Part shown: piece after piece, positions 31,151-39,490 of the stretch
Layout of the letters: each line of letters starts with the position of its first letter
How positions within the stretch are numbered: the stretch's first letter is position 1
Assembly (NCBI GenBank): GCA_018062285.1
Contig: JAGOSO010000003.1
Span: forward strand, 6,992-70,991
Source of the DNA: Minisyncoccota bacterium
GTDB taxonomy: Bacteria > Patescibacteriota > Minisyncoccia > 2-02-FULL-40-12 > GWA2-44-9
DNA: 64,000 bases
Reading direction: 5' to 3'
Notes under the pieces: generated by a model
Databases searched by the model: none
What the model was told of the DNA's origin: nothing
Seen by the model: only the letters and a program-made list of their open reading frames with translations
Program-made: the position numbers and the translations under genes

Positions 31151-32239
31151 ATGAAACTCGTAGTCAACCAAAAGAATCTAAAGAAAGCAGTAGGTCTTGT
31201 AGAAAAGGTCGTTTCTAAAAACACATCCCTACCAATTCTTGGAAACATTTTGCTTAAAACCGAAAATGGCCGCTTAAGATTATCTGCTACTAATCTAGAG
31301 TTAGGCATAAATGCTTTGATTGGTGTAAAGATTGACGAGGTGGGGGAGATTGCTATACCAGCGAAGATATTCTCTGATTTTATAAATACCGTTCAAGACG
31401 AAAAGGTTTCATTTGTTACAAAAAACAATACATTAACCATTAATGCTGAAAAATACAAAACCAATATTTTAGGTTTTGATTCTAAAGATTTTCCAATTAT
31501 TCCAAAGATTAAGTCAGAAGCAATCGTTACTATGTCGGCTAGTATGTTAAAAAGTGCTTTGGTTAAAGTTGTTGATTCTATGGCTGTTTCTGAAACAAGA
31601 CCGGAACTGGCTGGTGTTTTTGTTCAGATAAATGAAAATCAATGCATTCTTGTTGCTACTGACATATTTAGATTGTCAGAAGTTACTATCCCAGTGATTT
31701 CAACAGGAAAAGCTTCAATGATTTTGCCACGCAACACTGTCGCTGAACTAGTACGTATGTGCGGGGACATAGAGGGGGATATACAAATAAAATATTCCGA
31801 CAATCAAGTAGCTTTTGTTGCGGAAGATGTTGAACTGGTTTCCCGTGTTGTTGACGGAACTTATCCACCATACAAGAACGTTATCCCCGAAAAATTTATT
31901 TCCAAAGCCCTTATTAAAAAGACTGACCTAGAAAGCAATATTCGTTTAGCTGGTTTGTTTTCATCGAGTATTTCTGATGTAAAGATTCTTTGTGAAAACA
32001 ATAATCTTAAGATAACCGCCCAAAATAGTGATAAGGGTGAGATAGAAACAGATATTCCTATTAACTTAAAAAACGAAGCCTTTGAATTGTCTTTAAACTA
32101 TCGCTATATACTCGATGGTATTAAAAATATAAGTAGTAACGAGATAATAATTGAATTTACTGGTGCTGGAAGCCCTCTCATTATGAGACCAAGTGAAGAT
32201 AAGTCTTTTGTTTATTTAATTATGCCTCTTCGAAATTAA
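31151..32239 (+). CDS. dnaN: DNA polymerase III beta sliding clamp.
   Basis: 362 aa with a three-domain clamp pattern, directly after dnaA. Confidence 0.9.
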   Translation: MKLVVNQKNLKKAVGLVEKVVSKNTSLPILGNILLKTENGRLRLSATNLELGINALIGVKIDEVGEIAIPAKIFSDFINTVQDEKVSFVTKNNTLTINAEKYKTNILGFDSKDFPIIPKIKSEAIVTMSASMLKSALVKVVDSMAVSETRPELAGVFVQINENQCILVATDIFRLSEVTIPVISTGKASMILPRNTVAELVRMCGDIEGDIQIKYSDNQVAFVAEDVELVSRVVDGTYPPYKNVIPEKFISKALIKKTDLESNIRLAGLFSSSISDVKILCENNNLKITAQNSDKGEIETDIPINLKNEAFELSLNYRYILDGIKNISSNEIIIEFTGAGSPLIMRPSEDKSFVYLIMPLRN

Positions 32240-32520
32240 TGTTTCGAAACATCCAAGATAGATTTAGCAGGAGACTGGAGACAATAAAGACTAAAAATCA
32301 AGTTCAGTCTGGTTTAGATAAAGTTATACGTTCTTTTTTGATTCAAGAATTCGGTCCAATAGGGGAATCTCTAAGCTTTAAGGCTTCTCAAGAAAATAAA
32401 AAGGTAAGTATTAGAATGGACAGTAAGATTGCTGCCAACGAGATAGTTATAAGAAGTGGAAAACTAAAAAAGTTGCTACAAGAATACGACTTTAAAATAG
32501 AGGGATTAAATGTTGACTAA
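32239..32520 (+). CDS. Small DUF721/DciA-like protein downstream of dnaN, 93 aa.
   Basis: The position after dnaN and a C-terminal KVSIRMDSKIAANEIVIRSGKL segment reminiscent of DUF721. Weak. Confidence 0.35.
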   Translation: MFRNIQDRFSRRLETIKTKNQVQSGLDKVIRSFLIQEFGPIGESLSFKASQENKKVSIRMDSKIAANEIVIRSGKLKKLLQEYDFKIEGLNVD

Positions 32521-34709
32521 GGAGTTGGGGTAGGGGAAAGACTCCCTGATGCTGGTATCTCAGATTGTGAGTAAGTTTGTAAAACTGGCCAATCCCAATT
32601 TGTGTACTGGGGGTCACTGGATGGATTCGATGGTGTTGGGCCCTGAGGGTCGCTACGATCGACGTAATAAAGAATTTCGTGGTACTGAACAGGACCACCA
32701 TCTTGAGGCGTGTAGGCGCTACTACCGTTAAGCATTGGTTTACTGGAACTAACAGGATTAGGATCAGAGAATGATTCGTGTGGAAATGTGGCTAAAGCTT
32801 TGGACATAAATTCGTTCCACATAGGGCCAGCAGCACTAATACCAGCACCAGCTGCTGTCATGGATGTGTTGTTGTTGTTGCCAGTCCAAACAACTGTTGA
32901 AATAGATGGGCTAAAACCGGCAACCCAACCATCGCGATTGTCTTGAGTTGTTCCGGTTTTTGCACCAACACTATACCCAGGAATATAAAGAGAGTTGTTG
33001 TAGCCAAAGACTGAGGCTCGAGCAGAGTTGTCCGAAAGAACATTGTTCATTAGTCGTGCAGTTTGAGAATCTAAGACCCTTTCTGATTGGTCTTGGGCCT
33101 GCTCTAAGATATTACCACTAACATCTTCTACTCTCTGGATGATTCTATAAGGGTTTCTTATTCCGTCATTAGCAAAAACACCGTAAGCAGAAGCAAGATC
33201 GATTGGTTTAACCTCAGCTCCACCAAGAACCAGAGACAATCCATAACGTTCTGGTTCTGTTAATGTTGTAATACCCATTTGTTGGGCCAAATTAATAGTG
33301 TCAGGAATTCCAGCTAGGTATAAAGTTTTAACAGAAGGAATGTTTAATGATTGATCTAAAGCTTGGCGCAAAGTAACAGGGCCACGGAATAAACCATCAT
33401 AGTTTCTTGGGTGATAACAAGCCAAACCGTACTGGTCCTTGTTTTGACTTGCATCAGGGGAACAAGATGGGTTAAATTCTGTTTTTAAATCGAATAAAAT
33501 AGTTGAATCAGGATATCCTTTTTGAAAAGCCGCAGCATAAGCAAAAGGTTTAAAAGAGGACCCTGGTTGTCGTTCAGCGGTGATCACATTGAAATTTCCT
33601 TGGTTGGGTAGATCAAAATAGTCACTAGAACCAACTAAAGCAAGAACATCACCACTCTTAGGGCTAATTGCAACCAAGGCAGCATTGGATGCTTTGTATT
33701 TGGTTTTGTTGATTGCTGAGTACTTTGCAACAGCTTCTTCTGCGTAATCTTGTAGGTTGGCATCAAGGGTGGTAATTACATTAAAACCACCACTCTCAAT
33801 AGCATCTTCTCCGTACTTGTTTGCTAAATAATCTTTGACCATTATTACAAAGTGAGGGGCAGTTATACTCTCCATACTGGAGTGGAAAACTGGCTTATCA
33901 GACAAAGCTTGCTTGTACTCTTCTTCTGTAATAGAGCCAAGTTTTTTCATGTTTGCTAAAATACTATTCCGACGCGCCATCAGGGAATCAACGTGGTTTC
34001 CGTAAGGTGAGTAATAGCTTGGGGCTTGGGGAAGTGAAGCCAAGGTTGCGGCTTCACTTAAAGTTAATTGATCAACATCTTTGTTGAAAAAAGCTTTAGA
34101 TGCTGCTTGGATTCCATAAGCATTTGAACCATAAGGAATCTGGTTTAAGTACATCCAAAAAATCTGATCTTTACTAAAGTTTCGTTCAAGCTCAATAGAT
34201 AAAACAAGTTCTTTGATTTTCCTGAGAGCTGTTTTTTCGCTACCCAAAAGAGTTTGCTTAACTAATTGTTGAGTAATAGTTGATCCACCTTGAGACAAAC
34301 TAAAAGAAGTCACATCTTTATAGAGAGATCGAATAATGCCCTTAACATCAAAACCACCATGCGAGTAAAAACCACTATCTTCAGCCGCGAGGGTGGCATT
34401 CTTTAGATTTGCTGGTATTTTTTCCCAAGGGATAATCGTTCTTTTTTCTTCTCCATGAATATCATAAAGAAGAACCTTCCCTGTGCGATCATATATTTTA
34501 GTAGATTCACTAACTTTGCGATTAGCGATCGAACTTGGATCGGGGAGTGTTTGTTGAATATAGATAAAGAAAGCAAAAAACAAGATTGCCCCAATAACGC
34601 CTGACCACATAATAAAGGTGCCAGTTTCTTTTAGGCTTGGTTTTCTGAGTTTTTTAATTTTAGAACCCCCAAACACTCGTCCAATAATAGATTTCATAAC
34701 TAGTATCAT
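32517..34709 (-). CDS. Class A penicillin-binding protein (PBP1A: transglycosylase plus transpeptidase).
   Basis: N-terminal TM, GT51 motifs (EDxxFxxHxG-like, RKIKE), transpeptidase SSFKPF (SxxK), SxN and KTGTT. 730 aa with a Pro/Ser-rich C-terminal tail. Confidence 0.9.
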   Translation of the reverse strand: MILVMKSIIGRVFGGSKIKKLRKPSLKETGTFIMWSGVIGAILFFAFFIYIQQTLPDPSSIANRKVSESTKIYDRTGKVLLYDIHGEEKRTIIPWEKIPANLKNATLAAEDSGFYSHGGFDVKGIIRSLYKDVTSFSLSQGGSTITQQLVKQTLLGSEKTALRKIKELVLSIELERNFSKDQIFWMYLNQIPYGSNAYGIQAASKAFFNKDVDQLTLSEAATLASLPQAPSYYSPYGNHVDSLMARRNSILANMKKLGSITEEEYKQALSDKPVFHSSMESITAPHFVIMVKDYLANKYGEDAIESGGFNVITTLDANLQDYAEEAVAKYSAINKTKYKASNAALVAISPKSGDVLALVGSSDYFDLPNQGNFNVITAERQPGSSFKPFAYAAAFQKGYPDSTILFDLKTEFNPSCSPDASQNKDQYGLACYHPRNYDGLFRGPVTLRQALDQSLNIPSVKTLYLAGIPDTINLAQQMGITTLTEPERYGLSLVLGGAEVKPIDLASAYGVFANDGIRNPYRIIQRVEDVSGNILEQAQDQSERVLDSQTARLMNNVLSDNSARASVFGYNNSLYIPGYSVGAKTGTTQDNRDGWVAGFSPSISTVVWTGNNNNTSMTAAGAGISAAGPMWNEFMSKALATFPHESFSDPNPVSSSKPMLNGSSAYTPQDGGPVQYHEILYYVDRSDPQGPTPSNPSSDPQYTNWDWPVLQTYSQSEIPASGSLSPTPTP

Positions 34710-34764
34710 GCCACAAAAACAGCATATTTACAACGTTAATATTTAAAGATATGATAAAAGGATT

Positions 34765-35913
34765 ATGTTCGGATTTTCAAAACAAAAACTAGTTACTGAT
34801 TCAGAAGTTATTAAACAGGCCCTTGAAAGACGCCTAGAGAATAATGGTATTTTCCCAAACAAGGAAGAGGCAGTTAGTTTATTAAAATCAAAACCACTCA
34901 GGGTCTATTTAGGCATTGACCCAACTGGCCCAGACATTCACCTTGGTCACACAATCCCATTATTGTTCCTAAAGCAGTTATTAGACCTTGGTCACACTCC
35001 CGTGATTGTCATTGGTGATTTTACAGCTCGTATTGGTGACCCAACAGGCAAAGACGCCGCTCGCAAGCCACTAACGATCGAACAAGTCAGGGAAAATTTT
35101 AAAAACTACATAGAACAAATTCACCACATCTTACCTAAGGGCTCTTTCGAGGTTAAACACAATGGTGATTGGTTAGACAAACTATCTTTCAAGGACGTTG
35201 TTCAGTTGGCCAGCAACGTCACTGTTCAGCAAATGATTCAGCGTGATATGTTTCAAGAACGTCTTAAAAATGAGAAACCAATTGGTCTTCATGAGTTTTT
35301 GTACCCACTAATGCAAGGCTACGATTCTGTGGCCATGGAAATTGATGGTGAGGTTGGCGGTAATGACCAAGTCTTCAATATGTTGATGGGTCGAGATCTA
35401 GAAAAGAAATTAATCCAAAAAGATAAATTAGTTTTTGCCACAAAACTTTTAATTAACGCCGATTCAGGAAAAAAGATGAGTAAGTCAGAAGGGGAACTAA
35501 TCGCACTCTCAGATAGTCCACAAGAAATGCGCCGCAAGGTGTTGGCATCCGATGACTCAATGATCCAATCAACCTTTGAGCTTTGCACCGAAAAGCCAAT
35601 GGTTTGGATTGAAGAAAATAAAACCAAGACCCCCCGTGAATGGAAAGAAGAACTTGCTGACGAAATTGTAAGAATGTATCACGGCGAAGAAGGCGTTGCT
35701 AAATCAAGGGAGCCTGTCACTACTTCTGGTGCCGGAACATCCGTTGTGAATTATGTTTCTTCTTGGTTAAATATTTCAAAATCAGAAGCTAAAAAACTTC
35801 TCGACCAAGGCGCAGTCGAAATAAACAGTCAACCCGAAAAAAGCTGGGAATACGAAATGAAAACAGGGGACGAAGTAAAAGTTGGTAAAGGTAAAATTTC
35901 AAAAGTCTCATAA
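34765..35913 (+). CDS. tyrS: Tyrosyl-tRNA synthetase.
   Basis: GIDPTGPDIHLGHTIPLL (TyrRS-type HIGH region), KMSKS, and a C-terminal S4-like segment. 382 aa. Confidence 0.85.
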   Translation: MFGFSKQKLVTDSEVIKQALERRLENNGIFPNKEEAVSLLKSKPLRVYLGIDPTGPDIHLGHTIPLLFLKQLLDLGHTPVIVIGDFTARIGDPTGKDAARKPLTIEQVRENFKNYIEQIHHILPKGSFEVKHNGDWLDKLSFKDVVQLASNVTVQQMIQRDMFQERLKNEKPIGLHEFLYPLMQGYDSVAMEIDGEVGGNDQVFNMLMGRDLEKKLIQKDKLVFATKLLINADSGKKMSKSEGELIALSDSPQEMRRKVLASDDSMIQSTFELCTEKPMVWIEENKTKTPREWKEELADEIVRMYHGEEGVAKSREPVTTSGAGTSVVNYVSSWLNISKSEAKKLLDQGAVEINSQPEKSWEYEMKTGDEVKVGKGKISKVS

Positions 35914-35946
35914 ATAAAACCGGCCCCATTGGGGCCGGTTTTATTT
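35914..35946. terminator. Bidirectional hairpin terminator between tyrS and the convergent acidic-protein gene.
   Basis: AAATAAAACCGGCCCC-att-GGGGCCGGTTTTATTT. Confidence 0.75.
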
Positions 35947-36174
35947 TTATTGCATATCGTCATCATCATCCTCGTCGTCTTCTTCGTCATCGTCTTCCTC
36001 ATCTTCATCGGTGTCTTCTTCGTCATCTTTGTCTAATTCATCATCTTCCTCATCTTCATCTAGCTCCTCGCCAGTGACAGGATCCTTCTTTTTTGTTGGG
36101 TTTCCGGCTGGATCGTTGTGAAGATCTAGGGCCAATATCTCCTCAGCCTCCGACAATATTAACTGTTCAGTCAT
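35947..36174 (-). CDS. Small highly acidic protein with a poly-Asp/Glu C-terminal tail, 75 aa.
   Basis: MTEQLILSEAEEILALDLHNDPAGNPTKKKDPVTGEEL, then about 45 residues that are almost all D/E. Last ORF of the ruvB-ruvC operon, before the terminator. The SD is weak. Confidence 0.5.
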   Translation of the reverse strand: MTEQLILSEAEEILALDLHNDPAGNPTKKKDPVTGEELDEDEEDDELDKDDEEDTDEDEEDDDEEDDEDDDDDMQ

Positions 36175-36252
36175 GGTGACTCAAAAAATCTTCTTTGTGG
36201 TGACCAACCTCTTTAAAGAAGTCTGGATATCACAAACAAGGCAATTATTATA

Positions 36253-36723
36253 TTACGATTGTACAGTGTGAGCCGAGCAAATTGCAATAGCCAGAGCATC
36301 AGCGGCATCGTCCGGTTTAATTTCTTCTTTAATTCCCAACAACAACTTAACCATTCTTTGAACTTGGTTTTTGTCGGCTCCGCCATAACCACTAATATTT
36401 TGCTTAACTTGCAATGGGGTAAATTCGTGAATCGGTAAATTCGCTTTAGCCAGAGTTAGCATTATTACTCCGCGCATCTCGCTCACCGCCATAACTGTCT
36501 TTTGGTTATTAAAGAAGAATAATTTTTCTATGCCCGCCACATCTGGTTTATATTTTTTAATCAGTGCTGTTAGGTTTTTTTCTGTTTCTTTAAAATCAAA
36601 CAACTTATCTTTGCCACCATTAGAGATAATCCCGTAGGCGAGACAGGTCATCTTGTTGCGTTCGTGCTTAACGATTCCGTAACCAATCCGAGTTGTGCCT
36701 GGGTCAATGCCGAGTGAGATCAT
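36253..36723 (-). CDS. ruvC: Holliday junction resolvase RuvC.
   Basis: MISLGIDPGTTRIGYGIV... The RNase H-like fold catalytic Asp/Glu are in place. 156 aa. Confidence 0.9.
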   Translation of the reverse strand: MISLGIDPGTTRIGYGIVKHERNKMTCLAYGIISNGGKDKLFDFKETEKNLTALIKKYKPDVAGIEKLFFFNNQKTVMAVSEMRGVIMLTLAKANLPIHEFTPLQVKQNISGYGGADKNQVQRMVKLLLGIKEEIKPDDAADALAIAICSAHTVQS

Positions 36724-36735
36724 GTAACAAGTATT

Positions 36736-37572
36736 TTAGTTACCAACCAGTCTTATATGGACTTGCGGAATGTCTTGGGGGATTAGTATTTCTGGTTCCC
36801 TTATTCCCTTAGGCAAACCATCTGGCGCACCTTTGAGTAAACAGTAATCCATAGTATTGATGTCTTCTCCGTCTTTGAATTGGTCAGCGTTCTCTATGTC
36901 ATTACCATTTTCTGCCCATTCTGGTTTTCTGTACCAAGTTAAAAAGTCTTTTAGAGTGATTAAATTTTTCCAGTACTCCTTACCATTTCTTTCAACGGCT
37001 TCTTGTTCAGTAAAATAGCGCATATCCTCCATTATCAAAGTTATAAAATACATATCACCGACGTAGCACTTATCGGGATCAACTTTCATTTCAAGGACTT
37101 CCCCGGGGTACTCCTTCTTTAAGTAGGCAGGATCATTCATCTGAGCAATGTATTCTTCTTCGGTCTTGACTCCTCTTCTGACTAAAACGTCAGGGTAATA
37201 CTTGGCGAATCCCTGAAAGTCTCTTTTCAGGTTATTAATATCTCGTTTTATAAACCTTTGGTCTGCCCCAGACAGACCATTTCCAATTTCTAAAAATGGG
37301 TAAGCGTATATATTGCCAATCCTGCTAACACCCTGAGCCCTAAGTGCTTCTGGCCGCAGCTCATCAATGGCCGAATTCCGTCGTGGCATCCAGCCTGCTC
37401 CGCCAACATTTTTAACTTCAGCGCCAATCTGCAGGCCGCCAGTATCTATGGATTTCAAAAATTGTTCTTTGGTTTCATGGAATACACTCACAAAACCAGG
37501 AGGAGCAATAATCTCCTTTCGAGCTAGAATGCTTTCATTATTTGATTCAGATGGGTGCTTTGGTTCGTGCAC
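36736..37572 (-). CDS. Hypothetical protein, 278 aa.
   Basis: ORF within the ruvB-yebC-ruvC operon. No family recognised. Confidence 0.55.
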   Translation of the reverse strand: MHEPKHPSESNNESILARKEIIAPPGFVSVFHETKEQFLKSIDTGGLQIGAEVKNVGGAGWMPRRNSAIDELRPEALRAQGVSRIGNIYAYPFLEIGNGLSGADQRFIKRDINNLKRDFQGFAKYYPDVLVRRGVKTEEEYIAQMNDPAYLKKEYPGEVLEMKVDPDKCYVGDMYFITLIMEDMRYFTEQEAVERNGKEYWKNLITLKDFLTWYRKPEWAENGNDIENADQFKDGEDINTMDYCLLKGAPDGLPKGIREPEILIPQDIPQVHIRLVGN

Positions 37573-37588
37573 GGTTTGGACGTTTAAT

Positions 37589-38104
37589 TTAAGAATTAGC
37601 TTCCACTAAGTTGCTTACGACATCATCAACATCGTCTTGATCATCTAGGGCCTCGAACAAGGTGTCGAGCTGAGAGTGTTCTTCGGGGCTAATTGTGGCC
37701 GGAGTATTAAACATCCAGGTAATACTGTTTGGCAAAACCATTTTACTGTTGTGGTCTCCCAAAATCTTTTTTATTTCGCTGATGGTGCGGTTAGAGTTGT
37801 CGGTGACAGCTTTAATCTTCAAAGCGACACCACCTGGACCAATGGCCTCAACAACAACCTCTTGGAGCTGGGCAGCAGATTTGTCAGAAACTTTTTTGAT
37901 GGCTCGTTCAATATTCTCTTTGGGCATGTTCTCAGCACGAGCCTGTTCAATCGCGTTGGCCAAGGTCGTGTTTGTTTTTGGGTCGGCCCCGTTTCTGGCG
38001 GCGAGAGTTATGTTTTTAGAAAGCTTAGCAAAAAGCTGACCTCTTTTCTGGTCGGTTGCGCCCTTCTTTCTTTTAATTGTGCTCCATTTAGAATGTCCGG
38101 ACAT
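37589..38104 (-). CDS. yebC: YebC/PmpR-family protein, shortened form of 171 aa.
   Basis: MSGHSKWSTIKRKKGATDQKRGQLFAKLSK... is the YebC N-terminal signature. It is about 70 aa shorter than typical YebC. Confidence 0.8.
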   Translation of the reverse strand: MSGHSKWSTIKRKKGATDQKRGQLFAKLSKNITLAARNGADPKTNTTLANAIEQARAENMPKENIERAIKKVSDKSAAQLQEVVVEAIGPGGVALKIKAVTDNSNRTISEIKKILGDHNSKMVLPNSITWMFNTPATISPEEHSQLDTLFEALDDQDDVDDVVSNLVEANS

Positions 38105-38131
38105 ATGGGCTACATATTAATCTTTAGAAAA

Positions 38132-39154
38132 CTACAAATCAAGACCGGCGTTGGCTGGGGGAGTGAGGCCGATGTGTTTGTAGCCAAACGGGGTGAGGAC
38201 GCGTCCCTTAGAGGTGCGGGCCAATAATCCTAATTGCATTAAGTATGGTTCGTAAACATCTTCAACAGTGGCTTCTTCTTCAGAGATGGCGGCAGCGATT
38301 GTCTTTAATCCCACAGGGCCACCAGAAAACTTTTCGGCGATAGTTAAGAGAATCTTACGGTCAGTATCTTCGAGGCCCTTGTCGTCGACCTCAAGCATCT
38401 TCAGGCACTGCTGGGCGAGAGCGGGCGTAACCATAACCGTGTCATTCATTTGAGCAAAGTCGCGGACACGTTTAAGTAATCTATTGGCTATGCGGGGCGT
38501 ATACCTAGATGAACGAGCAATAGCAGCGATAGCTTCTGGTTCAGCTTGAACACCCAACAAATTTGCGGAACGAGAAATAATTTTTGAGATCTCGGCTTCG
38601 TTATAAAAATCTAAACGGAAACTAACCCCGAAACGAGATCGGAAGGGGGCAGAGAGGAGAGAGATTTTTGTTGTGGCGGCGATTAATGTAAATCTTGGCA
38701 AATCAATCTGAAGAGTCTTGGCACTGTTACCCTTACCAATAACAATATCCAAGTTAAAGTTCTCCATGGCTGGGTAGATGACCTCTTCGACACTCTTGTT
38801 TAATCGGTGAACCTCGTCGATGAATAAAACATCCCCATCCTGAAGACCAGTTAATATAGAACCCACGTCGCCAGCCTTTTCTAGGGCTGTTCCGGAGGTG
38901 ATTTTGATAGAAGCGCCCAACTCCTTGGCGATTAGGTAAGAAAGGGTGGTTTTCCCAAGGCCGGAAGGGCCATGGAGGAGCAAATGTTCGATAGGTTCGT
39001 TGCGTTTCTTGGCTGCCCCGATCATAACCTTAAGATTGGCCTTAATCTTTTCTTGGCCTATATACTCATCAAAAGTCTTGGGCCGGAGGGCTTGATCCAG
39101 CAATTGGTCGTCTAAAACGGCCACTGGCGCTGTTATTGGGGGCTTGACATTCAT
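38132..39154 (-). CDS. ruvB: Holliday junction branch-migration helicase RuvB.
   Basis: AAA+ Walker A GPSGLGKTTL, Walker B and sensor motifs. 340 aa. Confidence 0.95.
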   Translation of the reverse strand: MNVKPPITAPVAVLDDQLLDQALRPKTFDEYIGQEKIKANLKVMIGAAKKRNEPIEHLLLHGPSGLGKTTLSYLIAKELGASIKITSGTALEKAGDVGSILTGLQDGDVLFIDEVHRLNKSVEEVIYPAMENFNLDIVIGKGNSAKTLQIDLPRFTLIAATTKISLLSAPFRSRFGVSFRLDFYNEAEISKIISRSANLLGVQAEPEAIAAIARSSRYTPRIANRLLKRVRDFAQMNDTVMVTPALAQQCLKMLEVDDKGLEDTDRKILLTIAEKFSGGPVGLKTIAAAISEEEATVEDVYEPYLMQLGLLARTSKGRVLTPFGYKHIGLTPPANAGLDL

Positions 39155-39202
39155 GATTATTTAGATTAAAATATAGACTGAGACAGCTAGAAGGACCTCT
39201 TT

Positions 39203-39345
39203 AATCTGTAGGCAATTAGACTGCTCCCTAAACGTGGTGGTCTAATCGGGATATTATCGTGATGGGCGACTTGGCCTCGGCTAGGTCTACCCTCTGACCT
39301 ATCTTGTCCAATTTTCTTATGAAAACTGGTATTTGCCTACAGATT
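39203..39345. other. Structured element enclosed by 13 bp perfect inverted repeats. Candidate small ncRNA or MITE-like element.
   Basis: AATCTGTAGGCAA (39203-15) pairs with TTGCCTACAGATT (39333-45). The interior has further hairpins (ATTAGAC...GTCTAAT, TAGGTC...GACCTA). It lies in the ruvB-upstream / pilB-downstream spacer. Confidence 0.35.
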
Positions 39346-39397
39346 AGAAAGGTTCTTTTTTGTTTACTTCCAAAACTGAGCCGGATTTATTTTGGAA

Positions 39398-39483
39398 GTG
39401 CTTTTAAACCCAGCAGTGGAGGGGGCCCCTCTGGGGGAACCGACGGGACTGGTTCCCCGGGTCTGGGTGCAAAAGCACTTCTA
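39398..39483. other. Long imperfect hairpin of about 86 nt without a U-tract. Candidate structured RNA.
   Basis: GAAGTGCTTTT...AAAAGCACTTC outer stem, inner ACCCAG.../...CTGGGT pairing, GC-rich interior. Confidence 0.35.
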
Positions 39484-39490
39484 GAATAAA

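Noticed and set aside
35829-36026. 65-aa minus ORF (Met/Thr/Lys-rich) overlapping the tyrS 3' end and terminator.
   Set aside because: It overlaps a confident gene and a hairpin. Its low-complexity translation derives from the GA-rich strand of the acidic-protein gene region.
37676-38227. 183-aa + ORF antisense to yebC and the ruvB 3' end.
   Set aside because: It lies antisense to two recognisable genes. Its composition is Gly/Val/Phe-rich with no motifs.
39304-39489. 61-aa + ORF in the ruvB/pilB spacer.
   Set aside because: It lies on a long RNA hairpin. The translation is Gly/Pro/Ser low-complexity, and there is no RBS.
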